A stretch of 64,000 nucleotides of DNA from Acidobacteriota bacterium (GCA_021781455.1 JAJXWV010000078.1:3991-67990), one strand, 5' to 3'. Shown: positions 40,877 through 51,122, counted from the stretch's first letter. The notes: a model not told the origin generated them from the sequence alone. Translations and numbers: made by a program.

Positions 40877-41614
40877 TCATGAGTTCCTCGCCAGATCGAG
40901 ATTCTGATCGAGGAACGGAGCCGCACCGCTCGCCAACACGCCGCGTGAGCCGGCAGCGCGCCGCAGAACACTCGGCGAACAGACTGCGATCGTGACCGTG
41001 TCGAGCAACACGTAGAGAAGCCCGACGCCGCTCGGTGGATTGGCGGAGTGCAGGCCCACGAACGGAACTTGAGCAGTCCAGTGCCAGTTGCCAATCGACG
41101 TGCCGAGCCATTCGAGAAGCATCGTGGCGATGAAGGCCATCGACAGAAGAAGCTGATTGCGCGAGCGCATCACACAGACAGCCGCGGCGATCCACCAGAC
41201 GAGGCCCCACTGATCGTTGAACGCAGCGAAGCCGACTGCAGCGATGAGGCTGCCGGCGACGAGGACGCCGCGGGTGATCCGCCGTTCCAGTCGGCAGAGC
41301 GCCGGCTGCCTCGCGCTCTCGGCGGCGAGCGCATAGAACACGCCGTGGCCGAACGGCACGTAGAGTGGGATCAGGGCGTTGCGATAGCTGTAGAGTCCCC
41401 AGCCGAGCGAGAGGAGCACCTCGCCCGTCGTGGCAATGAGGATCGCCGCACCGATCCGGCTCGCTTCGTTCGATCCCCGCGCGAAGAGCCAGAGGAATGC
41501 GGCGGTGGCCGCGCCGAGTGCCAGCTGCGGGATCAGACCGCGCCTGTCGGCGATGAGAAGCAGCGGAATGAAGAACGCCGCCGCCCCGGCAAAAACGATG
41601 AAATGCCTCTGCAC
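40877..41614 (-). CDS. Integral membrane hypothetical protein
   Basis: Multiple hydrophobic helices; GE..LS..WGLYSYR...PLYVPFGH, EWLGT..GNW.W, SANPPSG. Confidence 0.75.
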   Translation of the reverse strand: MQRHFIVFAGAAAFFIPLLLIADRRGLIPQLALGAATAAFLWLFARGSNEASRIGAAILIATTGEVLLSLGWGLYSYRNALIPLYVPFGHGVFYALAAESARQPALCRLERRITRGVLVAGSLIAAVGFAAFNDQWGLVWWIAAAVCVMRSRNQLLLSMAFIATMLLEWLGTSIGNWHWTAQVPFVGLHSANPPSGVGLLYVLLDTVTIAVCSPSVLRRAAGSRGVLASGAAPFLDQNLDLARNS

Positions 41615-41705
41615 GCGTCATTGTCGCCGATCATCAGGAGCGCGGGTGCCGATGCGTGAAGAACCACCCTCACGATCTACCTGAGGCAAGAAATGACGCG
41701 AGTTG

Positions 41706-41731
41706 CGGACGCGCTGCTGCGCGTCCCTACC
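41706..41731 (-). repeat. GTAG-type REP (GTAGGGACGCGCAGCAGCGCGTCC)
   Basis: GTAG tetranucleotide plus palindrome; a degenerate inverted doublet lies at 47121-47220. Confidence 0.7.
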
Positions 41732-41764
41732 TGCCCTGGTTTCGTGGCTGCGCAAATCTCACGA

Positions 41765-44700
41765 TCACATGCCGCTCGTCGACGGCTCGGGCCTGATCAC
41801 GATGTCCGCTCCGGCACGCCTTCTCCGCCGGGCACGCAGCCACTCCAGGCCGTCGTCGACGAGGCTGTATCCCGCCGGCACGACGAACAGCGTCAGCAGC
41901 GTGGACACGGCCATCCCGCCGATCAGTGCCATGGCCATCGGCCGCTGCACCTCGGCGCCGGGGCCGATCGCGAGCGCAGGAGGAATGGCCCCTGCGATCG
42001 TGGCGATGGACGTCATCAGGATCGGCCGCAATCGGATCGGACAAGCCTGCAGCAGCGCTTCGTGCTGCGGCACTCCCTTGCCGCGGATCTGATTCGTGAA
42101 GTCGACCAGCATGATCGAGTTCTTCTTCGCGATCCCCACCAGCAGGATCAGCCCCAGCATGCTGTAGACGTTGAGGCTCTGGTTGCCCAGCAGGAGCGCA
42201 AAGAGAGCGCCGCTGATCGAAAACGGCAGGGCCAGCAGCACGACGACGGGGTGCCAGAAAGAGTTGAACTGCGAGGCCAGCACCATGTACGCGATCAGCA
42301 GGCCGAGGCCGAACGCGAACCAGAGGGACTGGAACGAGTCGCGGAAGGTTTTCGTGCTGCCCGAGATCACGGCGCGGTAGCCGTCGGGGAGCACGGCCCG
42401 GGCGATGGCCAGCGAGTTGTCGACGGCCGCGGCCTGCGAAGCGCCGGGAGTGACGTTCGCGAAAATCGTGATGGCTCGCTCACGGTCGCGGCGCGTGACA
42501 GCCTGCAGCGTCGGCGCCTGGTCGATCCGGACCAGCTCGCCCAGACGAACCAGCTCGCCGTTCCCCGTCCTGACCAGCAGGCGCTGAATGTCCTCGGGCC
42601 TTTCGCGCTGCGGAGCCAGCAGCCGCCCGCGGATGTCGAAGCGCCGCCCCTTGTCCTTGAACTTGCCGATGCGCGCGCCGCCGATGGCCGCGTTCACGGT
42701 CTCGCCGATGGCGCTCATGCTCACGCCGAGATCCGCCGCACGGTCGCGGTCGGGAACGACCTGCACTTCGGGCATGCCCACCTGATAGTCGGTGTCGACG
42801 TCGGTGGTCAGCCCCGACTGCCGCATCCGCTCGGCGATCTCGCGCGCCGACTTCGCCAGCACGTTCCAGTCGGGACCGCGCACGTTGAACTCGATCGGGA
42901 ATCCGCCGCCTCGCGACGGGCTGAAGCCGGTCTGGGAGATGTCCTGCAGCACGACGCGACCGCCGGGAATCGTGTTGGCGTACTTGCGCACCACGTCCAT
43001 GAACTCGAGCTGCGTCATGCGCCGGCCGAGCTTCTTGTCGATCGGCCGGTCGCGCGGCTCTTTCATGTTCACGTAGGCCTGGCCGGAATTGACGTCACTT
43101 CCGCCTCCCACACTTCCCGCAAACAACGTGACCTCAGGTCGGGAAACCAGGAACTTCTCGATCTGCCGGAAATAGCGGTCCGTGGCGTCGAGGCTCGTCC
43201 CGACCGGCGTCTGGAACCGGATGGTGAAGCGGCTCATGTCCTGGCTGGGCATGAACTCCTGGCGCAGCAGGAAGATCGTGCCGAGGGAGAGGACGAAGAA
43301 GACGAACGATCCGGCGAGCACCAAGCCGCGGTGGCGCAGGACGGGCTCGAGTGCGCGGAGGTAGAACTCCGACAGCCGCTTGAAGAGCGAGTCCATGGTG
43401 CGGCCGACGCGGCCGCGGTGCTCCATCTCCAGGAACTGCGAGCAGCGCATCGGTGCGAGAGTGAGGGCCTCGAGCAGCGAGAGCGCCACGGCCACGGAGA
43501 TGGTCACACCGAACTGGAAGAAGAACTTCCCGATGATCCCTTTCATGAAAGCCACCGGCAGGAAGATCGAGACGATGGCCAGGGTGGTGGCCGCGGCGGC
43601 GAAGGTGATCTCGCGCGCGCCCACCGAGGCGGCCCTGACCTTCCCCTCGCCCATCTCCCGGTGCCGGTAGATGTTTTCCAGCACCATGATGGCGTCGTCG
43701 ACGACGATGCCGACGACGAGCGTCAGGCCTAACACCGTGTACGTGTTGAGCGTGAAGCCGAAGGCGTAAATGACGATGAACGTGCCGAGAATCGAGGTGG
43801 GAATGGCCAGCAGGATGTTGACCGTCGTCGACCACGAGCCGAGGAACAGCCAGCAGACGAAGCCCGTCAGGAGCGCGGCCAGGAACAGCGTGAAGAGGAT
43901 CTCGTGGATGGAGCGCTCGATGAAGGTGGTGGTGTCCCAGTTGATGTTGAGCTTGAGCCCTTCCGGCAACTGCGACTGGAGGACCTTCATCCTCTCCTTG
44001 ACGTCGCGCCCCACCTGCACCGCGTTCGCACCGCGCAGCTTGGTGATGCCAAACCCGATCGAAGTCTCGCCCATGGCCCGCATCAGGCGGCGCCGGTCCT
44101 CCAGCCCGTCTTCGACGACAGCGACGTCCTTGAGCCTGACGGGCGCGCCGTTGACGTACCTGACGACCAGATTGCGGAAGGCCTCCATGTCGATGGCCTC
44201 GCCCTGGGCGCGCACGTTCATCTCGCGTGCTGCGCCTTCGATGCGGCCGGCCGGAACTTCCTGATGCTCGCGGGCGATGGCGTTGTTGACATCGAGGACT
44301 GTCAACCCGTGCGCCTCCAGCCGCGGCGCGTCGTACCAGACACGCACGTTGCGGTCGCGGAAGCCGAAGACGTGGATCTCGCCCACCCCGTCGATCATCT
44401 GCAGCTGTGGGCGGATCACGTTGCGGACGTAGTCGGCGAGGAAGATCGGCGACCGGTCACCCGACAGCGCCAGGTTGATGATCGACTGATCCTCGGGATT
44501 GCGCTTCGAGATCGACGGCGGGTCGATCTCGCGGGGAAGATCGTGTACGGCCTGCGAGACCTTCGTCTGCACGTCCTGCAGGGCGGCGTCGATGTTGCGG
44601 CCGATGTCGAACTCCAGGGTGAGGTTCGCCGAGCCCTGGCGCGCGGTGGACGACATCTGCTGCACGCCTTCGACCGTCGAGAGCGAATCCTCGAGAACGT

Positions 44701-44974
44701 CGACGACGTCGGTCTCCATGATCTCGGGCGAAGCGCCCGGCCATGAGATGCCGACGTTGACGATGGGGAAGTCGACGTCGGGATTCTGGCTGATGCCGAG
44801 GCCGCGGAAGACGGTCCCGAATCCCGTGTAGCAGAGGACGCCGAAGCCGATCAGGGCCACCATCAGGATCCAGGCGAAAACGTGGTTGCGGATGGAGATG
44901 TCCGCCAGCGTCATGCCCGTGGCAATCGTCTTGGGATCCTCGACGGGGGCGGGCGCTCCGTGAAATTCGCTCAT
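41765..44974 (-). CDS. RND efflux permease (AcrB/MdtB family)
   Basis: PDVDFP, GIVVDDAIMVLENI, GIAKKNSIMLVD, RLRPILMT. Confidence 0.95.
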   Translation of the reverse strand: MSEFHGAPAPVEDPKTIATGMTLADISIRNHVFAWILMVALIGFGVLCYTGFGTVFRGLGISQNPDVDFPIVNVGISWPGASPEIMETDVVDVLEDSLSTVEGVQQMSSTARQGSANLTLEFDIGRNIDAALQDVQTKVSQAVHDLPREIDPPSISKRNPEDQSIINLALSGDRSPIFLADYVRNVIRPQLQMIDGVGEIHVFGFRDRNVRVWYDAPRLEAHGLTVLDVNNAIAREHQEVPAGRIEGAAREMNVRAQGEAIDMEAFRNLVVRYVNGAPVRLKDVAVVEDGLEDRRRLMRAMGETSIGFGITKLRGANAVQVGRDVKERMKVLQSQLPEGLKLNINWDTTTFIERSIHEILFTLFLAALLTGFVCWLFLGSWSTTVNILLAIPTSILGTFIVIYAFGFTLNTYTVLGLTLVVGIVVDDAIMVLENIYRHREMGEGKVRAASVGAREITFAAAATTLAIVSIFLPVAFMKGIIGKFFFQFGVTISVAVALSLLEALTLAPMRCSQFLEMEHRGRVGRTMDSLFKRLSEFYLRALEPVLRHRGLVLAGSFVFFVLSLGTIFLLRQEFMPSQDMSRFTIRFQTPVGTSLDATDRYFRQIEKFLVSRPEVTLFAGSVGGGSDVNSGQAYVNMKEPRDRPIDKKLGRRMTQLEFMDVVRKYANTIPGGRVVLQDISQTGFSPSRGGGFPIEFNVRGPDWNVLAKSAREIAERMRQSGLTTDVDTDYQVGMPEVQVVPDRDRAADLGVSMSAIGETVNAAIGGARIGKFKDKGRRFDIRGRLLAPQRERPEDIQRLLVRTGNGELVRLGELVRIDQAPTLQAVTRRDRERAITIFANVTPGASQAAAVDNSLAIARAVLPDGYRAVISGSTKTFRDSFQSLWFAFGLGLLIAYMVLASQFNSFWHPVVVLLALPFSISGALFALLLGNQSLNVYSMLGLILLVGIAKKNSIMLVDFTNQIRGKGVPQHEALLQACPIRLRPILMTSIATIAGAIPPALAIGPGAEVQRPMAMALIGGMAVSTLLTLFVVPAGYSLVDDGLEWLRARRRRRAGADIVIRPEPSTSGM

Positions 44975-46107
44975 CGCCCCGCCGCCGCCTTTGCCGGCCG
45001 GGCGCTCTTCGCGTCGACGCTCTCGACGTCGATTCCATCGGAGAGACGGTCGGAGCCTTCGATCACGATCGTCTCCCCCGCCTTCAACCCGCCGATGATC
45101 TCGACGGTTCCGCCACCGGTGCGCAGTCCGATCTGGACGGGGCGCTCCCTCGCTTTTCCGTTCTCCACGACATAGACGACGAAACCGCGTTCGCTGGCCT
45201 GGATCGCGCTCTCGGTGACCACCACGGCGTTCTTGTTCGTTCCCGTCGCCAGAGTGACCTCGGCGAAAAATCCAGGCTTGAGATCGCCCGGGTTGTCGAC
45301 CCAGGCGAGCACCTCGACCTGGCGCGTCGCCGGGTCGGCGACCTTGTTGACGTGGTAGACGCGCGCCGCGAACTCCTTTTCGCCGAGCGACGCCACGCGG
45401 AAGGTCACGACCTGCCCTTCCTGCGCCTTCATCGACTCCGATTCGGAGATCTTGAATCGAAGGCGCAGCCGGCGCGGATCGAGGAGCGTCGCCACGAGAG
45501 TGCCGACCTGCACGAACTGGCCGGTCTCGATGGTCCGCGTGTTGATCTGCCCGGCGCGCGGCGCACGGACGGACGAGCGTTCCAGATTCTGCTGCGCAAT
45601 TTTCAGCGCGGCGTCTGCCGCGGCCGCATCAGCCGCCAGACGCTCGGTCTCCTGGCGGGAACGGTTCAGCTCCTCGACGGCCACCAGCTGGCTCTTGGCG
45701 AGCTCGTCGCGCCGCGCCAGATCGGATTGGGCGCGCTTCCAGTCGGCGATCGCGCGCCGGTGCGCGGCCACGGCCTGCTCGACCTGCAGCCGGTACCGCT
45801 CAGGGTCGATGCGTGCCAGAACCTTCGCCGGCCACACGCGGTCGCCGGCCTGAAACGACACTTCCTTCGCCGCCCCGCTGACCTCGGCCGTGATCTGAAC
45901 CAGTTCCTCCGGCTCCAGCGATCCGAGCGCCTTGACCTTATAAACGACGTCGTGGGCGGCGACCGTGGACGTGCGTACCGCGAGACCTCGGCCACGCTTG
46001 CTCGCCGTCGCCGAGCTGTTTGCGTCTCGGCAGGCGAAGGAGACAGCGGAGACAAAGGCAGCGGCGAGTAGCACTTTGGCAGTTGCTGGTACGGGATGCC
46101 TCATCAT
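44971..46107 (-). CDS. RND periplasmic adaptor (membrane fusion protein)
   Basis: ITAEVSG, VRAPRAG, LKPGFFA, GLKAGE; possible lipobox SFAC; overlaps the permease start. Confidence 0.93.
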   Translation of the reverse strand: MMRHPVPATAKVLLAAAFVSAVSFACRDANSSATASKRGRGLAVRTSTVAAHDVVYKVKALGSLEPEELVQITAEVSGAAKEVSFQAGDRVWPAKVLARIDPERYRLQVEQAVAAHRRAIADWKRAQSDLARRDELAKSQLVAVEELNRSRQETERLAADAAAADAALKIAQQNLERSSVRAPRAGQINTRTIETGQFVQVGTLVATLLDPRRLRLRFKISESESMKAQEGQVVTFRVASLGEKEFAARVYHVNKVADPATRQVEVLAWVDNPGDLKPGFFAEVTLATGTNKNAVVVTESAIQASERGFVVYVVENGKARERPVQIGLRTGGGTVEIIGGLKAGETIVIEGSDRLSDGIDVESVDAKSARPAKAAAGR

Positions 46108-46195
46108 GAAGAAACAAGGATCGCGTGATCTCGCTTCGACGGACGCGGCGGTTCTCGCGCAGGCGTGTAGTCAGGGACACGAGGCGGGGTGATGG

Positions 46196-46301
46196 GCGGT
46201 TGCGCGGTTACGCGGTTACGCGGTTGCGCGGTTGCGCGGTGTTCGAAGCGATCGATCCGTCGATGCACCGCGGGACCCCGTAACCGCGCAACCGCGTAAC
46301 C
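46196..46301. repeat. Octamer-repeat element with inverted arms (GCGGTTRC)n / (GYAACCGC)n
   Basis: About 5.5 units on the left arm and about 4 on the right. Confidence 0.9.
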
Positions 46302-46317
46302 AACGTCTGATGACAAG

Positions 46318-46911
46318 TCAAACGATGTACGGGATGAATCGCTTGCGGCTCTTCATGAACGCGGCGTAGGGCTCGCCGATCGCCTCGACCAGCGCGCGCT
46401 CCTCGACCGACACTCGATAGGAGTACACGGCGAAGGAACCAGCGATCAGGATCACTGCGCTGGCCCAGCTGCCGAGGGCGATGCCGATGCCGGTGAACAT
46501 CAGGATGCCGGCGGTGTACGAGGGATGGCGCACGAACCTGTATGCGCCGCGGTCGATGACCGGCTGATCGGCGCGAGCGCGGACATCCCCCGTGAAGTAC
46601 TCGCCCAGGATGCGGAAGCAGTGCCGGCGAAGAAGGCTTGCGGCGATCAGAAGCGCGACACCGGCGCTGAAGGCCGGGACCTGCGCAGCGGCGGGAAAAC
46701 GAAAGAGGCGGAGCGACGCCGCCGGAAAGGCGAGCAACATCCCCAGGAATTGCCCGATCATGATCACGCGGATGGATCCGGCGTCCTTCGAGTCGGGAGC
46801 GGCGGCTGAGCGCCGTCCCCGCTGGACGATCATGAATTCGACGGAGAACGCCCAGAACAGCACCAGCCAGAAAACGACTGCATAAGGCCAGACGAAGACC
46901 AGCGGTCGCAT
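46318..46911 (-). CDS. Isoprenylcysteine carboxyl methyltransferase (ICMT) family protein
   Basis: LGEYFT, GAYRFVRHPSY, RVSVEERAL, RFIP. Confidence 0.92.
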   Translation of the reverse strand: MRPLVFVWPYAVVFWLVLFWAFSVEFMIVQRGRRSAAAPDSKDAGSIRVIMIGQFLGMLLAFPAASLRLFRFPAAAQVPAFSAGVALLIAASLLRRHCFRILGEYFTGDVRARADQPVIDRGAYRFVRHPSYTAGILMFTGIGIALGSWASAVILIAGSFAVYSYRVSVEERALVEAIGEPYAAFMKSRKRFIPYIV

Positions 46912-46980
46912 GCGCCCTCCGAGTCCGTGTTATGTCGAGGCGAACAGGTTAAGCATCCGCCGGCGGGAGGGCAACTGCGG

Positions 46981-47103
46981 TCACTCCGCGGCCACGGCGC
47001 CACGGCTCTGGTGGCGGGGCCGGCGAAGCAGAAAGACGAACGGGACCATCGCCACGAAGACGACGGCGATGGCGCGGAAGGCATGGAGAAAGGCCGTGAT
47101 TTC
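46981..47103 (-). pseudogene. C-terminal remnant resembling a DHA2/EmrB MFS transporter
   Basis: Frame reads EITAFLHAFRAIAVVFVAMVPFVFLLRRPRHQSRGAVAAE*, with no start; abuts the REP doublet. Confidence 0.5.
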
Positions 47104-47324
47104 TTCAGGCTCTCTACGCTGCAGGGAGGTGCAGCAGCGTGTCCGCAACCTTCGTCACTTCCTCGACCGTCACTTCCGCGCCCCGACCAGAGATTCGGGC
47201 GCACTGCTGCGCGTCCCTGCCCACTCTTGGGCCTGCTTCAACGCCCTTGATTCAGGCTGAAGAGTCGCGGTCGTCACGACTCTTGCAATCGCCCCAATGC
47301 GTCTTCGTGATTTCCGGCCCGGTG

Positions 47325-49343
47325 ATGTCCTCTCGCGAAATGAAAGAGCCCGTTCCGATTGCCCGCGATCAGCGGGCCGCACGCCAGCGCCATCAGCTCG
47401 AGCGGGAAGGTGTGCCTTACAAGCTCCTGATCGATTCGGTCAAGGACTATTCGATCTTCATGCTCGACCCGACGGGCCAGATCGTCTCGTGGAACGCCGG
47501 CGCCGAGCGAATCAAGGGCTACACGGCCGACGAGGCCATCGGCCGCCATTTCTCGATCTTCTACACGCGCAAGGACCTCGAGAACGGAAGGCCGCAGCGC
47601 AATCTGGAGGACGCGCGATCGTTCGGCCGCACCGAGGACGAGGGCTGGCGAGTCCGCAAGGACGGCACGCATTTCTGGGCCAACGTGACCATCACCGCGC
47701 TGCGCGACCGCGAAGGTACGCTCGTGGGTTTCGCCAAGGTCACGCGCGACCTGACCCTGCGCCGCGAGGCGGAACGGCACCTGCGCGAAAGCGAAGAGCG
47801 ATTCCGCCTCCTTGTCGAATCCGTGAAGGACTACGCCATCTTCATGCTCGATCCCGCCGGCCGCATCGTCTCCTGGAACAACGGCGCCGAGAAAATCAAG
47901 GGCTACAAGGCCGACGAGATCATCGGCAAGCACTTCTCGATTTTCTACACGCCCGAGGACATCGCTCGCGCCAAACCGGAAAAGGAGCTGCGCGTCGCCG
48001 TCGAAGAAGGACGGGTGGAAGACGTGGGATGGCGCGTGCGAAAGGACGGCACGCGTTTCAAGGCCGACGTCATCATCACGGCCGTGTGGGACGAGGGCGG
48101 AGGTCTGCGCGGGTACGCCAAGATCACCCGAGACATCACCGACCAGGAGCGCGCCGAGGCAGAGCGGTCCACGTTGCTCGAGGCGCGCGTCCGCGCCGAC
48201 GAGACCAACCGCGCCAAGGATGAATTCCTGATGACGCTCTCGCACGAGCTGCGCACGCCCATGACCTCGATCATGGGATGGGCGCGCATGCTCGCTGACG
48301 GCCATCTCTCACCCGAGGAGTCGCGAACCGCGGTGAACTCGATTCTGGAGAGCTCCCTGGCTCAGTCCACCATCGTCGACGACGTGCTCGACGTGTCGCG
48401 GCTGATGACCGGGAAGCTGAAGCTTCACATCAGCGTGGTGGAGCCGGAAAAGCTGGCCGCCGATCTCGTGGCCGCCCTGACCCCCGCGGCGCGAGCGAGG
48501 CAGATCGATCTCGTCGCCGACATCGCCCCCGACATCGGCGTGGTGCCGGCCGACGCCGACCGCCTGCGACAGGTCATCTGGAATCTCCTCTCCAACGCCA
48601 TCAAGTTCTCGCCCAAAGGCCGGCCGGTGGTTCTGCGCATGAGCCGCGCGGGATCGAATCTCGACATCCGCGTGGAAGACCGCGGACCGGGAGTGCCCGC
48701 CGAAATCCTCCCCTCGATCTTCCAGCCGTTCGTACAGGCCGACAGCTCCTCGACGCGCCGCCACGGCGGGCTCGGCCTGGGCCTCACGATCGTGCGCAAT
48801 CTCACCGAGCTGCACGGCGGAAGCGTCGGCGTGAAGAACCTTCCGGAGGGAGGGACCTGCTTTCAGGTGCTCATCCCCATCGCTGCACTGCATGCGGTCG
48901 CACCGCCTTTGCCGATCGCCCGCGAAGCGGAAGCTCGTGAGAAGAGCAACAGCATCCGCCTCGACGGGGCCAAGATCCTCTTCGTCGACGATCACGCCCA
49001 GTCACGCGAAGTGGTCACCGCGATGCTCTCGCACGCAGGTGCCTCGGTCCTGGCCACGGCCTCGGTGGCCGAGGCGCTCGACGTGGTCAACGGGCTGCAG
49101 CCCGACCTGATCATGACCGACATCGCCCTCCCCGAGTCGGACGGCTTCGAGCTGGCCCGCGAGGTGCGGGAACGACAGCGCACGGGAGCCCTGCAACGCG
49201 CGCGCGTCATCGCCTTCACGGCATTCCGGCGTGCCGGAGTCTCGAATCCCGACGCGGACACCCTGTTCGACGACTGGCTGCTGAAGCCTCTCGATCCCAC
49301 CGACCTGATCACCGCGGTGGTCCGGAACCTCGGCCGCATGTGA
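47325..49343 (+). CDS. PAS-PAS hybrid sensor histidine kinase
   Basis: Two DY(S/A)IFMLDP.G.IVSWN.GAE PAS domains; SHELRTP, NAIKF, GLGLGL; REC with VDD, TDIALP, LKP. Confidence 0.93.
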   Translation: MSSREMKEPVPIARDQRAARQRHQLEREGVPYKLLIDSVKDYSIFMLDPTGQIVSWNAGAERIKGYTADEAIGRHFSIFYTRKDLENGRPQRNLEDARSFGRTEDEGWRVRKDGTHFWANVTITALRDREGTLVGFAKVTRDLTLRREAERHLRESEERFRLLVESVKDYAIFMLDPAGRIVSWNNGAEKIKGYKADEIIGKHFSIFYTPEDIARAKPEKELRVAVEEGRVEDVGWRVRKDGTRFKADVIITAVWDEGGGLRGYAKITRDITDQERAEAERSTLLEARVRADETNRAKDEFLMTLSHELRTPMTSIMGWARMLADGHLSPEESRTAVNSILESSLAQSTIVDDVLDVSRLMTGKLKLHISVVEPEKLAADLVAALTPAARARQIDLVADIAPDIGVVPADADRLRQVIWNLLSNAIKFSPKGRPVVLRMSRAGSNLDIRVEDRGPGVPAEILPSIFQPFVQADSSSTRRHGGLGLGLTIVRNLTELHGGSVGVKNLPEGGTCFQVLIPIAALHAVAPPLPIAREAEAREKSNSIRLDGAKILFVDDHAQSREVVTAMLSHAGASVLATASVAEALDVVNGLQPDLIMTDIALPESDGFELAREVRERQRTGALQRARVIAFTAFRRAGVSNPDADTLFDDWLLKPLDPTDLITAVVRNLGRM

Positions 49344-49358
49344 GCCGCCGCCCATCGT

Positions 49359-49416
49359 GCAGGCTGGAAAGCCTGCGCACGCGAAGGGCAGGCTGGAAAG
49401 CCTGCCCCACACGGGG
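49359..49416. repeat. Tandem pair of CAGGCTGGAAAGCCTG REP-like palindromes
   Basis: Same family as 11306-11336; lies between convergent genes. Confidence 0.85.
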
Positions 49417-49419
49417 CGG

Positions 49420-49839
49420 CTAACTCCGGGAGCGCTTCTTTCGTCGCGGGCGGCCGTAGAGGTCGCGCAGCTCGTCCTTGGCGCGTTCCAGCCGATTTCG
49501 CTGCGACGCAGAGAGCTGCCTGCCGGCGCGGTCGATGTAGAAGCTCAGCATCGACATCGCCGAGCGGAACGGTTCGCTCTTCCGGCGATGGCTCTGCTCG
49601 GCCGAACGCTTCAGCGACCGGGCGATGGCCCGCGGATCGGAGCGCGAGAAGACTCCCACTCCCGAGCGCCGCGCCTTCGACAGACCGATGGCGATGGCCT
49701 GCTTCGTGGAGCGCGCGCCGTGCTTCCCCTGCCGCACGTGCTCGATCTCCTCGCGAACGAATTCCCCCGCCTGCGTCGAGGGAGCCTTCCCTTCGCTCCT
49801 GTCGCGTCTCGCTCTTCTGATGGTGTCTCTTTCGGCCAT
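49420..49839 (-). CDS. Basic protein: DUF6496-like N-terminus fused to DUF3175-like C-terminus
   Basis: QAGEFVREE..GKHGARSTKQAIAIGLSKARR followed by GVF..DPRAIARSLKRSA..RSAMSMLSFYI.RAG. Confidence 0.75.
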   Translation of the reverse strand: MAERDTIRRARRDRSEGKAPSTQAGEFVREEIEHVRQGKHGARSTKQAIAIGLSKARRSGVGVFSRSDPRAIARSLKRSAEQSHRRKSEPFRSAMSMLSFYIDRAGRQLSASQRNRLERAKDELRDLYGRPRRKKRSRS

Positions 49840-49870
49840 TTGCGCTCCTTCGGTCCCGACGCGTTAAAGG

Positions 49871-49886
49871 TGCAACCCGCTGGCCA
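49871..49886 (-). promoter_or_regulatory. Putative sigma54 promoter
   Basis: TGGCCAGCGGGTTGCA, ~30 nt upstream of the 49839 start. Confidence 0.65.
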
Positions 49887-49920
49887 GAACGAGATCCGCC
49901 GGAGGTGGCGGCGCGGCGCC

Positions 49921-50565
49921 TTACTTCGCTGCGGCGTCGAGCGGTACGGCGGCAGCGGCGCCGGTCTGGAGGGTCACGCCGCGGGCGACGAGCTCCGGCC
50001 AGGGATCGACCGCAACGCCCTTCCACCACTGGCCGCCCGGAGGAAGAACGCCGATCGCGAAGTGGAGGTGCGGCGTGTTCGCCGGAGCGTTTCCGGTCGT
50101 GCCGACGTATCCGATGACCTCGCCCTGCCTGAGCTGCTCGCCCTCCGCCAGACCGTCGCGGTAATGGTCGAGGTGCGCGTAGTAGTAGACGCGCCGCGAT
50201 GCGACGTCGAACTCGTAGATCGTCAGTCCTCCGGCCCGGCTCGTGAAGAGCTTGCGAACGCTCCCGTCGACGGCTGCCAGCACAGGAGTGCCGCGCGGAG
50301 CCAGGATGTCGATGGCCTCGTGCGTACGTCCGCCCGAGCGGCGGCCCTCGAAGCTGTCGCGCAGCGCCTCGCGCCGGACGCCGGCCACCGGAATGACCAT
50401 CGTCGCGGAACCAGGCGACTGGAGCGCGGAGCCGTCTGCCGGTTTCGGCAGCACGGGCCCGGAGTGCGCGCCCATCGCATAAACGAGCGCCCCGCCGACC
50501 ACCCAGCCGGAGAGCAGGATCATCGAGGTTCTCACGGCAATGAGAAGGAGCACTCGCCGAGCCAT
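49921..50565 (-). CDS. M23 family metallopeptidase
   Basis: HEAID, YYAHL, GYVGTTGNA, PHLHF; N-terminal TM helix. Confidence 0.9.
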   Translation of the reverse strand: MARRVLLLIAVRTSMILLSGWVVGGALVYAMGAHSGPVLPKPADGSALQSPGSATMVIPVAGVRREALRDSFEGRRSGGRTHEAIDILAPRGTPVLAAVDGSVRKLFTSRAGGLTIYEFDVASRRVYYYAHLDHYRDGLAEGEQLRQGEVIGYVGTTGNAPANTPHLHFAIGVLPPGGQWWKGVAVDPWPELVARGVTLQTGAAAAVPLDAAAK

Positions 50566-50802
50566 CTTCCTGGCGGACACGGCCGTAGCCGGCGGGCTCA
50601 GCGGCGGAGATCTCACGGACGACAGTCTTAGCACATCAGTTCGGGTCGCTCCGTGACCTGGATGCCGGCGATTGTGGAACAGGAGAAGGAGACGCGCAGC
50701 CTCGACGATTGCCATGCGGGATGACGACTGCGCTGTCTCAAGTCTAAGCAACGAAGGCCGGCGACGAGCCGGCCTTCATCATGACTGCATGACCGCGAAG
50801 GG

Positions 50803-51043
50803 TTAGAACACGACGCGCATGGCGTCGAACAGGTCGCGCCGCTCCCACGAGCCGTTCACCGAAATGTGGTCACCGCGATGAGCATTGATTCGGTACCGCG
50901 GGTCGAGGTGGCGGGTGTCGATCTTGACCGCCGCGCCGCTCGCGTCATCGCGCATCCAGACATAGCCGAGGCGCTGAGCTGACCAGCAGCACGAAGGCGA
51001 TGACCATCGCGAACCGTGCCGCAAACCACTTGTTGTATCCCAT
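50803..51043 (-). pseudogene. Secreted-protein gene with internal deletion or frameshift
   Basis: AGGAGG RBS plus signal peptide MGYNKWF...VSSA in one frame; C-terminal domain GYVWMRDD..RGDHISVNGSW..FDA.RV.F in another. Confidence 0.5.
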
Positions 51044-51085
51044 CGAATAGCCTCCTATTGTGAGCTCGACTTCACAGCGAATACT

Positions 51086-51101
51086 CGCAAAGGAATTGCC
51101 A
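51086..51101 (-). promoter_or_regulatory. Putative sigma54 promoter
   Basis: TGGCAATTCCTTTGCG upstream of the 51043 start. Confidence 0.6.
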
Positions 51102-51122
51102 CCTTCGAACGAATTTAGGAGC

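Noticed and set aside
41765..46107. RND pump lacking an outer-membrane factor
   Set aside because: TolC-like partners are commonly encoded elsewhere.
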